Counted from the stretch's first letter, positions 43,560-58,697 are shown. The stretch is 64,000 bases of DNA from Eledone cirrhosa (GCA_964016885.1 OZ024762.1:23064001-23128000), one strand, 5' to 3'. The notes: generated from the sequence alone by a model not told the origin. Numbers and translations: made by a program.

Positions 43560-43692
43560 GTATATATATATGTACATATATATATATGTATATTTATATA
43601 TATGTATATATATATGTACATATATATATATGTATATTTATATATATGTATATATATATGTACATATATATATATGTATATTTATATATATG

Positions 43693-43727
<35 letters not shown>

Positions 43728-43795
43728 GTATATATATATGTACATATATATATATGTGTATGTATATATATATGTATATATATATATATGTATAT
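42770..43795. repeat. (TA)n/(TATG) compound microsatellite
   Basis: Direct reading. Confidence 0.97.
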
Positions 43796-43990
43796 TGTTA
43801 TACTTGGGGAGGGTCATATTTGTGTAATATTGCCAGAATTAATAACAGAACACACTCACTGTTTGGTTGGTTTTCTTTTTTGCTTCGATCTAACTTACTC
43901 GGTCCTCAATGTTGCCATTGACTGACCGACGGTCAAAAATAATACAGATACAATATAGACACAAATACATATATATAGTTTACATAATTT

Positions 43991-44030
43991 ACATAAATCT
44001 TTCGTTGCACATCTGCAACATCGTCAGTGG
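43991..44030 (-). ncRNA. Hammerhead motif in a diverged family D copy starting at 43796
   Basis: ca-CTGACGA-t-gttgca gatg tgcaac-GAAA-gatt-TA-tg; weak stem I. Confidence 0.68.
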
Positions 44031-44398
44031 TGTTATATTTTTTCCCATATTATTGTTCTCTCATATTATTGTTCTCTCATATTATTGTTCTGCAACCCCA
44101 TGCATTGAACCACAACGTTACTAAGACAAAACCTATATATTTGCTAGCATTGATATGCATCTGTATGTATATAAATGTTACTAGATATAAATTCTTTATA
44201 TATATATATATATATAATACAATAACAGAGATAGTTTAAAGCTAATCTCTGACTGGTAACCATCTCACTCAACAAACATTAGGTTATATTTTAATATAAA
44301 CCCAATTTAAGTGTTTGGGGTGCTAACAATATGTATTATGTGGAAAAGCCAGTTGTATTATTTTATGAGATATAATTAAAGTTAAAATATATCTCTCA

Positions 44399-44506
44399 TT
44401 CCAAACAATTCTTTCATTATAAGTTTTCTACAAATTCGGAGAATATTTCCAGTTTATATTCATGTAAGAATATATTTAGGTGGGCCCTTATAAATCATCA
44501 GTGGAA
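44399..44506 (-). ncRNA. Hammerhead motif with long stem II (family shared with 60419)
   Basis: ttcca-CTGATGA-tttataag...cttataat-GAAA-gaattg-TT-tggaa, inside element ~44217-44520. Confidence 0.72.
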
Positions 44507-44694
44507 GCCCATTAAACTTTGATATAAGAAAAACATTTCTTACCATAGTTAAAAATCGTGTCTGTTAATTTGCTCCCTCCCGCATCGAATGACCGGCAAA
44601 TTTGAAATTCCAGAAGTTTTTGACTGAGGAAGTATTGTAGCGTCACTAAGCGGGAAGGGGAGACAACCAAGATCCACGAAAGGAGGAAAAAAAA

Positions 44695-45075
44695 AATATA
44701 CACGCGGGTTAATCAGTTTTTTCGAAAACATTATCAATCCAACATGTTAAGAACTCAATTGAAATTAAAAAAATAAATATATGCGTGTATAAATTACACA
44801 CGCATATAGATATTTTCTTAGGCTAAAATCAGAGGTTGTACCTGAATAAGAAACCGCATCTCGTAACCGTAGTAAATACGGAATGTTATGCTTTAAAGGG
44901 CAAATGGGAATGTAAATCTCCGGCCGAATTAGGAGTAAAATATAAAACACACGCGGGTTAATTAGTTATTTCAAAACTAATATCAATTCCTCGTGTAAAG
45001 AACTCAATTAATTTAAAAAAATAAATGTATGCATGTAATTATATACATAGGCATATATATATTTTCTTAGGCTAG
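44695..45075. repeat. Diverged ~130-bp direct repeat, period about 250 bp
   Basis: acacgcgggttaat...aagaactcaatt...attttcttaggcta occurs twice. Confidence 0.75.
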
Positions 45076-45121
45076 TATGTTTTGAAACAGTGAGCAGGTT
45101 TGAAATTAGAAAATAGAATAG

Positions 45122-45303
45122 CTTTCACCGTATTTTTGACTAAAGGAATTTTAGACTGATAATGGGGTTTAGAACCCTCAGATAAATGGAACAAGATTTG
45201 TATTGACGTACATGTACATCAATACTCAGCGTTTTCCATTTATATGAGGGTTCTAAACCCCATTATCAGTCTAAAATTCCTTTAGTCAAAAATACGGTGA
45301 AAG
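45122..45303. repeat. Fold-back palindrome with ~70-bp near-perfect arms and a nested inner hairpin
   Basis: ctttcaccgtatttttgac...aaatggaa / ttccattt...gtcaaaaatacggtgaaag; right arm abuts (TA)n. Confidence 0.92.
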
Positions 45304-45487
45304 ATATATATATATGTATATATATTTATGTATATATATATGTATATATATTTATGTATATATACATATATATATATATATGTGTGTATATATATTCCGT
45401 TTGCTTTAGGTTAAATTTATCAAACCAATGTGGTATTTCAACCCTCGTAATTTTTGACACACAATTTACTGTGTTTATTTCTGACGC

Positions 45488-45625
45488 ATAGAGTCACGGC
45501 CCTTGCCATTCTGAGTTCAAATCCCACCGAGGTTAACTTTGCCTTTCATCCTTACGGGGTCGATAAAATAAAGTACCAGTTATGCACTGGGTAATTGCTG
45601 GCCTTGTGCCAAATGTAGAAACAAT

Positions 45626-45628
<3 letters not shown>
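45488..45628 (+). mobile_element. SINE family 1, 5'-truncated
   Basis: Near-consensus core and tail. Confidence 0.85.
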
Positions 45629-45709
<81 letters not shown>

Positions 45710-46727
45710 AGCCTGGCGGATTTTGACATTTGAAAGTAATGTACTGTAACTAAATACCCTCTTTTTACTTTCTACAACCCTCTAACGATATTTCCAATTC
45801 TCCAATTCCCCATCGCTAGAATTTAATGATATAAATATATAAATTATATTGAGAATTACGTCGCTGTCTTTGAAGATGATGATGATGACATTAGACGAAA
45901 TTAATAATAATAATAAAAATAATAATAATTTTTAATTTTATTCATTTTGCTTTAATTTTATTGCTTTTATTTTTATTATTGTAAACGTTAAACGTAATGA
46001 TAATGATCTAAGGTAATTATAGAAGTATATACAATTACTGTGGTTAATTATCAATTATTAATAATGACTGTTTGAAGTGTAATGACTTGATCAAATTAAC
46101 GCCAGCCATTAAACGTACATTTCTAGAAAGTTCGTCAAACTGTTCGAAATTTTGATAAACACACACACGAGAAAAAAAAAATTATTCTTTTCACTCTCAA
46201 CGACAATTATATTAAAAACGCAATCAAATTTTCAACTGATATCTTAAACAGTTCTTTCATTCCATTTACTTCTTAGTCACATTGCATTGTTTTAATAATT
46301 GAATATAGTGTAAATATATTGGTTCAATACTTAGAATTGCTTTTCATGTATGTGTTGTTCTAAAGATTATCTACCCATGTGCACCATTGAGTGCAAAGTC
46401 AACCATGATTTCTGATAAAAATGGTTGCAAAAATAAATTTTAAAGACAAAGAGATCAGTAGCCTGGAGAAATCAGACAATGCCTGGTGTGTTGTGTTTAT
46501 GTTTGACTGTATGTATATTCGTGTGTGTTTATATATCTATCTATGTATGTATGGTTCCATAATTCCCGATAGAGTCGTAGGGGCACTGTATTGACATAAG
46601 GCGTTTTCTAGAGCAGCTTTTAAAGCCTGGCAGAGTCCATCCCCTCTCCAAGCTTGAGTACAGCAGAGTTCTTCCAGAGAAAGATAGAAAGTGAAAGAGA
46701 AGAAATGAGAAAGAGATATATAAGAAG

Positions 46728-46886
46728 AATCAACCCCAGTATTAGACTGGTACTTTTTTATCGACCTCGGAAGCGTGAAATGCAAAGGTGCACTCGGCGT
46801 GATTTGAACTCTGGGAGCAAAGCGCCGGAACGAATCGCATAAAGCATTCTATCCAACGTTCTAACGACTGTACCAATTCACTGCCT
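46728..46886 (-). mobile_element. SINE family 1 (diverged)
   Basis: gactggtactttttatcgacc...gatttgaactc. Confidence 0.75.
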
Positions 46887-47127
46887 TATTTTTATATACA
46901 TCCATACATCCAAATATATAACGTCTGTCTACCCCATTAGGTTGTTATTAAGGTATGGTTGCGTAAGCCAGCCGAGTTTTGGAAAATAAAATGTCCGCAT
47001 ATGTTTTGTCGAATTTGGATGGTGAGTATGGTTTGCTTGGCAGAAATCATGTGTACAAATTGGCTTTCGCTGTAGGGTGTTTCCTGAGGGTGAGTAAATT
47101 GAATGGAGCAATAACGGTCCTATTTAC

Positions 47128-47181
<54 letters not shown>

Positions 47182-47480
47182 ATATATATATATATATATA
47201 TGAATACATATATATATGTGTATATATATATATATGTGTATATATATATATATCTGTCTATATATATATATATATAAATATATATATATATATGTATATA
47301 TATATATTTATATATACACTCACTACATAGTTTATTAATCTGGCAATCAATGTTTATCATTGACTAACTATTAAAAATAGATATAAATATATATATATAT
47401 ATATAGTCTATCAAAGTTCTTTCGTCACGCATTTGTGACACATTTGTGACGGCACACATTTGTGACACATTTGTGACATC

Positions 47481-47590
<110 letters not shown>

Positions 47591-48247
47591 AACAAAGATA
47601 GGACAAGAAAACAAATGGAAACTAAGCAAAACTGGACTTGCCTTTGGCATTTTAAACCTGGCGGACCACATCCCTGTCCATATCGAAGAACTACCTACGT
47701 TTTCCGAATAGAACGAGAAATCAACGTAAAAGATATAATTGTCGCAAAGAGAAGAGGGCATTGAGATGGGGACCTCAGAATATTCTGGGTGGCTACTATA
47801 ATCCATGTCACTGAAATTCTGTGAGTGCTTGCTTGCTTGTCTGTAATGTAATACAGCCAAAAGAGGCCATAATGGGACAATACTTTGAAAGGAAGTTGAC
47901 CCTGAAATGGGAATGCAAATGGAATAAAACAAGTTTCGCGTAAATCGGAGCACGGGGCCTGAGATATGGGGTTTTTCCGGGTACCTTCATTAACAAAGAG
48001 AGAGAAAGATAGAGGGGAAGATATAGTGGTTGTGACAGAGTAGATTGAAAAGAGAGACATAGAGAGAGGGAGAGGAGACAGAGAAGGAGAATGGAAGAGA
48101 GCTGGTTGTGTTGTTGTTGTGTATATATATATATATGTGTGTGTGTGAGTGTGTGTGTGTATATATATATACATGTGTGTATATGTGTGTGTGTGTGTCT
48201 ATGACCAGTGTATATAGATCACACATCTGCATATATATATACACATG

Positions 48248-48300
<53 letters not shown>

Positions 48301-48303
<3 letters not shown>

Positions 48304-48715
48304 AAGTTTTATTTAAATTGTTGGGTTAACAACGAGTAAATATTTATAACTGATATAAAAGCACTCAACAAGTATTTGGAGTATATTTACGATATTAAAT
48401 AAATGGAAACTATATTTATAAAACCATATTTATTTCATTATATATATTTCAGGGATATCATATTAAAAATATGTTATGCCTTCTTCAGACAAAATACAAT
48501 ATAAACAGTCTTATAAATAGATAGATTCGGCTACCAAATCAACTTTTCAAATAGAAGTCGAAGTTGAAAGGTATGTCGAATCTATCTATTTATAAGACTG
48601 TTTATATTGTATTTTGTCTGAAGAAGGCATAACATATTTTTAATATGATATCCCTGAAATATATATAATAAAATAAATATGGTTTTATAAATATAGTTTC
48701 CATTTATTTAATATC

Positions 48716-48718
<3 letters not shown>
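48301..48718 (-). mobile_element. Fold-back element (tail 48301-48387; 142-bp arms 48388-48529 and 48577-48718)
   Basis: Near-perfect inverted arms, (TA)n on both sides, hammerhead in each arm (48431-48496 minus, 48610-48675 plus). Confidence 0.9.
48610..48675 (+). ncRNA. Type I hammerhead ribozyme
   Basis: tattttgt-CTGAAGA-aggcataacatatt ttt aatatgatatccct-GAAA-tatata-TA-ataaaata. Confidence 0.86.
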
Positions 48719-48773
<55 letters not shown>

Positions 48774-48814
48774 ATATATATATATATATATATGTGTGTG
48801 TATATATATATATA

Positions 48815-48872
<58 letters not shown>

Positions 48873-48903
48873 TACACATATTTATAAATATACAAACACA
48901 CAC

Positions 48904-48941
<38 letters not shown>

Positions 48942-49980
48942 CTTCCAGTTTCATTTCAGATTATATACATGTCTGTGTATATTTTAATTATTTAAATATT
49001 ATTTTTAAGTGTACATGATTTTAAAAAAATTATTTTGAAGTGAATGTGACCTGACGGTCACGGGTGGTGTATTTAGTACTAAATCTGAGGTTGTGTTTAG
49101 GAACAAGCATATGATTGTGAATCGTTTTGTGAATCTGAGGGTGCATTATTGAAAATATGAAGTGGGAGCTGTGTCATACGGCGCTCCACTCCCAGTGATG
49201 GCCATGGTAATGTAGAATATCAGAAATTTGAGAATGTTGGGTTAAGGAAATGGTTTGGATAGGGGAATGGTGGTAATGTTGGAATGATAGGGAATGGGGG
49301 AATTTGTTGAATAATGGTTTGTGATAGAATGGGGTTGAGTGTAATATTAAAATGGAGAGAATCGTTAAATAGTTAATGGTGGAATGGTAGTATGGAGAAA
49401 TGATGGAAATAATAGAAATTTGAGTAAATAGTCAAATAATTGAAAGAGGTAGCCATTTTGGGGAAATGAGAGAATTAGGAAAAATGGCGGAGAATGGAGA
49501 TTCGAAATGGTATAAGAGTGGAGGTGGTGGTAGTGGAGCTGAAAATAAAATGACGAATTGGAATAATAGTTTGGCGATGGTTTAATATGATTAGTTGAAG
49601 AACCAAGAATTCAAATCATAAGGCAAATAAGACTTATGTTCTAAAATTTCCTATGTAGAATATACATTTATAATAAAAGACTTTCGGAGGAAATATCGCC
49701 TGCTAAGCCTACACAAACCTATAAAATAACAAAGTTTGAATGCGTAGAATTAATATATAGCGTCGTAATAAATAATTCGCTTTTACGATTATACACGCCA
49801 CAACTATATAGAAGATGGTTATTATATATTGTTTGTTATATATACCGGGAAATATTATGTTAGAAATTGTCTAACATGCAAAGACTTCAGAGGATTTTAG
49901 ATTATTCAGAGGAAATGCGTTATTAATACGAATATATATATATATACACACATATATATATGTATATATATATGTATATA

Positions 49981-50059
<79 letters not shown>

Positions 50060-50306
50060 TGATTGTATGTGTGTAGGTATGTAGGTATATATATATTTCT
50101 TTGTGTATTTGTGTGTTTGTATATATGTGAAAGTATTTTGATGTATTTGTGTGTCGATATGTATGTATATATATACATGTATGTATATATGTATGTATAT
50201 ATATACATACGTGTGGGTGTATGTCGTTCCTTGTCTGCATATCTGCAAGTGTATTGTTAGCATTGAATTATGTATGCATGAAATACACGTATGTATGTCT
50301 GTGCTT

Positions 50307-50367
<61 letters not shown>

Positions 50368-51061
50368 CATACATAGATATATATATATACACATACATAC
50401 ATACATAGGCATATACATATATACATACACACATAGATCTATACATATATGAATATATACATATATTCATACATACATAGATATATATACATATATAGAA
50501 AAATACATACATACATATATACATATATACATATATACATACATAGATATATACATATATACATACATACATAGATATATACATATATATATACACACAT
50601 ACATACATACATACATACATACATACATACATACATACATACATACATAGATGTATACATACATGCAGACATATATACATATATATATATATAAACATAG
50701 ATATATCTTGAGTGAATATGTATTCAAATATATCGTGAAGACGGCAAGTTTGTGACTGAATTACCAATATATACAGCATGAATAACGTAGCCAATTCATT
50801 AGATATAACAGCCTGGAATGGGTATTAGAATATACTATTTGAATATCTTTGATCTTTTACCGCAAATATCAATACCACTACTACTACTAATAAGAATAAT
50901 AATGGTATTAATGATAATGTTATTGGTACTACTACCACTACTACTACTGCTACTTTTCATCGGCATGAAGCCAATAAAGAAGTACGCCACACCGATCTAG
51001 AAAGGTCTGCTAGAAAGAGCAACAAATAAGAACTCAAATAACATTCTATGAGTATTTAAAT

Positions 51062-51250
51062 ATTTGTTTCTACTTTAGGCACAAGGCCAGCAATTACCCA
51101 GTTCATTACTGGTACTTTATTTTATCGACCCCGTGAGGATGAAAGGCAAAGTCAACCTCGGCGGGATTTGAACTCAGATCGTAAAGGGACGTATCTATGC
51201 TAGAAAGCATGGCGTCCGACCCTCTACCGATACTGCCAATCCATCACCGT
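51062..51250 (-). mobile_element. SINE family 1 with probable TSD tatgagtatttaaatatt
   Basis: Same 18-mer at ~51047 and ~51251. Confidence 0.87.
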
Positions 51251-51380
51251 TATGAGTATTTAAATATTATGGACATTTTTGGATATGAAAATTTTGAACA
51301 TAGATTTATATCGACATATGCTTTGTGTAAAAAGAAAATGTAGGTATATACTATTGAAAGTGAAGACGCATAGTCTAGCT

Positions 51381-51715
51381 CAGAGGTTCTCAAATTTTTG
51401 ATCCACTATGCCCCTCACGGCCTCGTAATATCCTCAGCTCTCCCAAACCTATTTACAGACAGACCTGCCTACATTCAAATTGCAAATAATTGTTTCTACT
51501 TTTGGCACAAGGCCAGCAATTACCTCAGTGTATTACTGGTACTTTATTTTATCGACTCCGTAAGGATGAAAAGCAAAGTTAACCTCGGTGCAATTGGAAC
51601 TCAGAACGCAAAGGGCCATAACACTATGCTGCAAAGCCTAGTTTCTGATGCTCTGACGATACTACCAATCCACGTAAATTATAAATAATCTATAATAGAT
51701 CGTTAATTTATATAT
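51381..51715. mobile_element. hAT MITE left part interrupted by a SINE family 1 copy (51488-51672, minus)
   Basis: cagaggttctcaaa start; agacctgcctac; aaatt..aaataat on both sides of the SINE. Confidence 0.75.
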
Positions 51716-52231
51716 CATGGTTTCTTATATAGGCACACGGCCAGCAATATTTTTTTTGGGGGGAGAGGAAAGTCGATTAAATCGACCCCAGTGTGTGATA
51801 TGAGTTAATTAACGCCAATTAAACCGTGATGAACACCGGCCTAATGAAATTCATGAGCTGGGACAGAATTTGATCCTGCAATTGACTGACATTATATCCA
51901 GGGTGAATGTTTGTACTCTCCGAATGAACCGGCTGAATGAACCTCTGGGCTTGAGAAAGTTTATTGGGTTTTATACTATTGAAAACCCCAATGAAATAGA
52001 TGGTACCAGTAACTTTAAGTTGGAAATCTGATATTTACTGTGGTTATTTATTTCTGAGATTATTTCTCTTTATGGTATTTCCCATCACTAATCGAATTGA
52101 TATTCATAAACACCAACACTACGTTCTCTGTATTTCTCAGTACACACAGTCACGCACAAGTTTGAGCAACTGAAGTGAATATTCTTCCCTGGCTAGACCA
52201 AATAATATAGAAACCTGAAATGAGGAAAATC

Positions 52232-54008
52232 TAGCTGTCAAGTTAAGCTCGACCTAAGAGGAGTGACCACCAATACGACTGTCTTATTCAGAAGTAAAAA
52301 TAGCTGTCAAGTTAAGCTCGACCTAAGATGAGTGAACACCAATACGACTGTCTTAGTCAGAAGTAAAAATAGCTGTCAAGTTAAGCTCGACCTAAGATGA
52401 GTGAACACCAATACGACTGTCTTAGTCAGAAGTAAAAATAGCTGTCAAGTTAAGCTCGACTTAAGAGGAGTGACCACCAATACGACTGTCTTAGTCAGAA
52501 GTAAAAATAGCTGTCAAGTTAAGCTCGACCTAAGATGAGTGAACACCAATACGACTGTCTTAGTCAGAAGTAAAAATAGCTGTCAAGTTAAGCTCGACTT
52601 AAGAGGAGTGATCACCAATACGACTATCTTAGTCAGAAGTAAAAATAGCTGTCAAGTTAAGCTCGACTTAAGAGGAGTGAACACCAATACGACTGTCTTA
52701 GTCAGAAGTAAAAATAGCTGTCAAGTTAAGCTCGACCTAAGATGAGTGAACACCAATACGACTGTCTTAGTCAGAAGTAAAAATAGCTGTCAAGTTAAGC
52801 TGACATGAGAGGAGAGACCACCAATACGACTGTCTTAGTTAGAAGTAAAAATAGCTGTCAAGTTAAGCTCGACTTAAGAGGAGTGACCACCAATACGACT
52901 GTCTTAGTCAGAAGTAAAAATAGCTGTCAAGTTAAGCTCGACCTAAGAGGAGTGACCACCAATACGACTGTCTTAGTCAGAAGTAAAAATAGCTGTCAAG
53001 TTAAGCTCGACTTAAGAGGAGTGACCACCAATACGACTGTCTTAGTCAGAAGTAAAAATAGCTGTCAAGTTAAGCTCGACCTAAGAGGAGTGAACACCAA
53101 TACGACTGTCTTAGCCAGAAGTAAAAATAGCTGTCAAGTTAAGCTCGACCTAAGATGAGTGAACACCAATACGACTGTCTTAGTCAGAAGTAAAAATAGC
53201 TGTCAAGTTAAGCTCGACCTAAGATGAGTGAACACCAATACGACTGTCTTAGTCAGAAGTAAAAATAGCTGTCAAGTTAAGCTCAACTTAAGAGGAGTGA
53301 CCACCAATACGACTATCTTAGTCAGAAGTAAAAATAGCTGTCAAGTTAAGCTCGACTTAAGAGGAGTGACCACCAATACGACTGTCTTAGTCAGAAGTAA
53401 AAATAGCTGTCAAGTTAAGCTCGACTTAAGAGGAGTGATCACCAATACGACTATCTTAGTCAGAAGTAAAAATAGCTGTCAAGTTAAGCTCGACTTAAGA
53501 GGAGTGACCACCAATACGACTGTCTTAGTCAGAAGTAAAAATAGCTGTCAAGTTAAGCTCGACTTAAGAGGAGTGAACACCAATACGACTGTCTTAGTCA
53601 GAAGTAAAAATAGCTGTCAAGTTAAGCTCGACTTAAGAGGAGTGACCACCAATACGACTGTCTTAGTCAGAAGTAAAAATAGCTCTCAAGTTAAGCTGAC
53701 ATGAGAGGAGAGACCACCAATACGACTGTCTTAGTTAGAAGTAAAAATAGCTGTCAAGTTAAGCTGACATGAGAGGAGAGACCACCAATACGACTGTCTT
53801 AGTTAGAAGTAAAAATAGCTGTCAAGTTAAGCTGACATGAGAGGAGAGACCACCAATACGACTGTCTTAGTTAGAAGTAAAAATAGCTGTCAAGTTAAGC
53901 TGACATGAGAGGAGAGACCACCAATACGACTGTCTTAGTCAAAAATAAAACTAGCTGTCAAGTTAAGTCGACCTGAGATGAGTGAACACACGTAAGACTG
54001 TCTTAGTC
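52232..54008. repeat. 69-bp tandem satellite, about 26 units
   Basis: agctgtcaagttaagctcgacttaagaggagtgaccaccaatacgactgtcttagtcagaagtaaaaat; 23-aa periodicity in the ORF track. Confidence 0.97.
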
Positions 54009-54420
54009 ATAAAGTCGTATTAAATATATAAACCATAAAATGGGTGTGAGGTGACAGTCATGTGGCCGTGTGATTTGTGAACATGGAGGTGATTTAAAAG
54101 GTCTCTGGGATGCTCCATTATGTAGTGAGAAAGCCCTGATTTCCCTCGGAAGAAACAGTTCTAGTCATGTAGAAGCCATTTCTATATTACATTTGTTGTT
54201 TACACTCTACCGATGTATTGAGTACATTATTTAGTGCGGTTAACTCATATATATATAATAACTCCGTACTCGCACCACTAACTACACAAACGAAGACGGG
54301 TGAGCTGCATTACGTTGAGTGCTCTCCATAATATTACATCGAGATTGACCATACGGAATGACCAGTTCTATCCAGTGGTGAACTAACAAACCTAAATAAA
54401 TATATATATATACTGTATAT

Positions 54421-54590
54421 AGGAACGAGTAGGACCCCGACGGCTGAGCTCAAGCCGTTTCGACGGCTAATTCTGGACTGATCCAGTCCAGAATTAGCCG
54501 TCGAATTAGCCGTCGGATTACCCACTCTAAGTATTGAGTACTTTGGTGCGTTATGGTCCATCTGGTTCCTTACCACATTTCCTTCGTTAT
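54421..54590 (+). mobile_element. Family A element
   Basis: Inverted arm starts at ggaacgagtagg as in 8728; fold-back centre ~54481; tail ends ttcgtta. Confidence 0.82.
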
Positions 54591-54611
54591 ACTGTATATA
54601 TATATGTTTAT

Positions 54612-54812
54612 CCCGGGTTCAATCGGGGGTAACTACAATAAGAAAAGTACTCAATACATAGCAGAGTATAAATATTTAATATAGAAATGGCTTCTGCAGG
54701 ACTAGAACAGTTTTGTTCGGAAGAAATCATCAGGATAACCTTGATGATTTCCGATGATTTCATACGAACGAAATAGTCCTAGTCCTGTATATGCCTTTTC
54801 TATATTAAATAT
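54612..54812 (-). mobile_element. Family F fold-back element (tail 54612-54671; arms 54672-54731 and 54742-54812), degenerate hammerhead
   Basis: CTGATGA tttc...gaac(A/G)AAA...tagTC; related pieces at ~3690-3765, 54133-54245 and 62040-62100. Confidence 0.72.
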
Positions 54813-54837
54813 GTATATATATAAATATACATATATT

Positions 54838-54921
<84 letters not shown>

Positions 54922-55033
54922 ATTGTGTGTGTGTGTGTGTAAGTATTATATCTGCATGTATTTATGCATGTAGTAAAATATGAACGCATGGTTACTTCCA
55001 TGTAAGTACGGATCTATGTATGCATGCATATGC

Positions 55034-55110
<77 letters not shown>

Positions 55111-55479
55111 TAAATGTGTATGTGTATACGTCTATTAATGAATCAGCCTTCGGTGGAACCTTTCTAAAGTGAAAAATGAGACGGTGCCAGCTACGGTGAA
55201 ACAGAATTTTTCTTCAACCAGATATTACGCAGAGAAGAGATGCGTGTGTATGTGTGTTTACCTATCTATGTATGTATGTATCTATGTATGTATGGTGTGT
55301 ATGTATATGAGTATGTGTAATCTGTAATGATGTGGGGGCATAAGTACGTTAATACTCGTGTATTGTATTAGCTTGAGAGAATTTGGTTGTTATCATCAAA
55401 ATAAGTATAGCTATCAACATAGATAAGCGTAGGAGTTACATCCAGATGTATTTGTATGTAAGCATACATATGTTATAAA

Positions 55480-55573
55480 TATAAACGATATATATATAAT
55501 TATATATATATTTTATATCATATATATATATATATATATATTATATTAAACATCTGTACATACATATGTGCAA

Positions 55574-55651
<78 letters not shown>

Positions 55652-55707
55652 ATATATTAAACGTCTGTACATACATTTGCACGTGTATGTATGTCTGTGT
55701 ACATTTG

Positions 55708-55749
<42 letters not shown>

Positions 55750-56049
55750 GTGTGTGTGTGTGCATGTATATGTAACTATGTATGTCTCCCACTCCCTGTA
55801 TATAAATATATATAAATAAATACATATATTTATATATATACATGTATATATGTATATTTATATACATATACATATTTATATATATATTTATGTATATATG
55901 CGTATATATATATATATTTATACATATATATATTTATAAATACATATATTTACAGGTATTCATATATATATATATATATATGTATACATGTAAATATAAG
56001 TATCTATAAATATATATATGTATAAATATATATACGCATATATACATAA

Positions 56050-56092
<43 letters not shown>

Positions 56093-56113
56093 TATATACG
56101 CATATATACATAC

Positions 56114-56148
<35 letters not shown>

Positions 56149-56149
56149 C

Positions 56150-56216
<67 letters not shown>

Positions 56217-56299
56217 TATATATGCATATATATATAAATGCATATATATATATAAATACGTATATGCATATATATATACGTATATATATATATATATAT

Positions 56300-56336
<37 letters not shown>

Positions 56337-56337
56337 A

Positions 56338-56397
<60 letters not shown>

Positions 56398-56621
56398 TAT
56401 ATATATATATATGCATATATATATATATATGTATAAATGCATATATATATATAAATATATATATGCATATATATATATACGTATATATATATGCATATAT
56501 ATATATAAATATATATATGCATATATATATATACTTATATATATATATGCATATATATATATATATATATGTATAAATGCATATATATATATAAATATAT
56601 ATATGCATATATATATATACG

Positions 56622-56653
<32 letters not shown>

Positions 56654-56849
56654 TATATATATATATAATATGGGCTATATCAAGAGATAGATAGGCGAGA
56701 ATTACTGAGAGTAAAATCTAAATTGACATACCGATAATAGGTACGGGCCATTATATATATGCAGTTATATTGCTTTCTCTGGAGTTGTTCTCTTTTCCTT
56801 TATGCAATCAATCTCCTTGATTGAATTCAGAGAAAACCTCTTTTGCCAT

Positions 56850-56882
<33 letters not shown>

Positions 56883-56948
56883 CGTATATACGTACACATA
56901 TAAATGCATACACACATACTCACATTATATTCGTACATGTATATATAT

Positions 56949-57011
<63 letters not shown>

Positions 57012-57265
57012 TATATATATATATATATATATGTATTTATATATATAAAATATATTATATATATATAATATATATATATATGTACATATATATAATATAT
57101 ATATATATGTTATATATATATATATATATATATATGTAATATTATATATATATGTGTATGTATATGCATGTGTGTATATGTATATATGTATATATGTATA
57201 TATGTGTGTATATGCATATGTGTATATATATATATAAATATATATATATAAATATATATATACAA

Positions 57266-57310
<45 letters not shown>

Positions 57311-57348
57311 TTTGTATATATATATTTATATATATATACATATATTTG

Positions 57349-57382
<34 letters not shown>

Positions 57383-57442
57383 CATATATTTGTATATATA
57401 TATTTATATATATATATATATATACATATATTTGTATATATA

Positions 57443-57484
<42 letters not shown>

Positions 57485-57488
57485 TTTG

Positions 57489-57522
<34 letters not shown>

Positions 57523-57524
57523 TT

Positions 57525-57572
<48 letters not shown>

Positions 57573-57574
57573 TT

Positions 57575-57612
<38 letters not shown>

Positions 57613-57657
57613 TTTGTATATATATATATATATATATATACATATATACATATATTG

Positions 57658-57689
<32 letters not shown>

Positions 57690-57911
57690 TACATATATTT
57701 GTATATATATATTTATATATATATATATATATATACATCTGTATATATATATATATACATATATTTGTATATATATACATATATTTGTATATATATATAT
57801 ATATATATACATATATTTGTATATATATATCTATATATATATATACATATATACATATATTTGTATATATATATTTATATATTTATATATTTATATACAT
57901 ATATACATATA

Positions 57912-57959
<48 letters not shown>

Positions 57960-57989
57960 TTTGTATATATATATGTATATATATATATG

Positions 57990-58069
<80 letters not shown>

Positions 58070-58150
58070 TTTGTATATATATATGTATATATATATATAT
58101 ATATATATACATATATTTGTATATATATATTTGTATATACATATTTGTAT
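55480..58150. repeat. Large compound (TA)n fields
   Basis: Direct reading; unique island at 56670-56850. Confidence 0.95.
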
Positions 58151-58475
58151 ATTTATACTTAGAAATATGTCGGGCTTAAACATTCTTCACTCTTTCTTAC
58201 TTGTAGCTTTTACACTGGGATAATTTTTCCATAGAAATGGGTTTTCCATAGGTGAAACTATTGTGGTAGCAATATATTTTTTCCGTTTATGTTTTCCATA
58301 TGTATTATTTTTCCGTATTTTTACGAACATTGTTTTCAGCTTTTTCGATAGTGGTTATTGTATAATGTCTGTTCTTTTATTTTTTTACCACTATAAATCT
58401 AACATTTCTTGCTTGCGACCGTTGAAATCCAGTACATTAATATTATTATTATTATTATTATCATTATTATTATTT

Positions 58476-58528
<53 letters not shown>

Positions 58529-58697
58529 TGTCGAATATGGAATCAGCTAAGCGGTATAGGTTATCAGCAAAATAATGATGTACATATATTCCAGAAGTAA
58601 TGACTTATAAACGAACAGTATTTAAATTCAGAATGAACACAAATTATTTGAACAAATATGAATCACGGTCTATATATACAACATTATTTATTCTTTA

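Noticed and set aside
49620-49930. Possible decayed RT fragment (GGNIAC*AYTNL...YIEDG)
   Set aside because: Too degenerate to support without a profile search
52232-54008. CRISPR array or repeat protein
   Set aside because: No unique spacers and no cas genes; units are whole-length homologous and frames are broken by TGA variants
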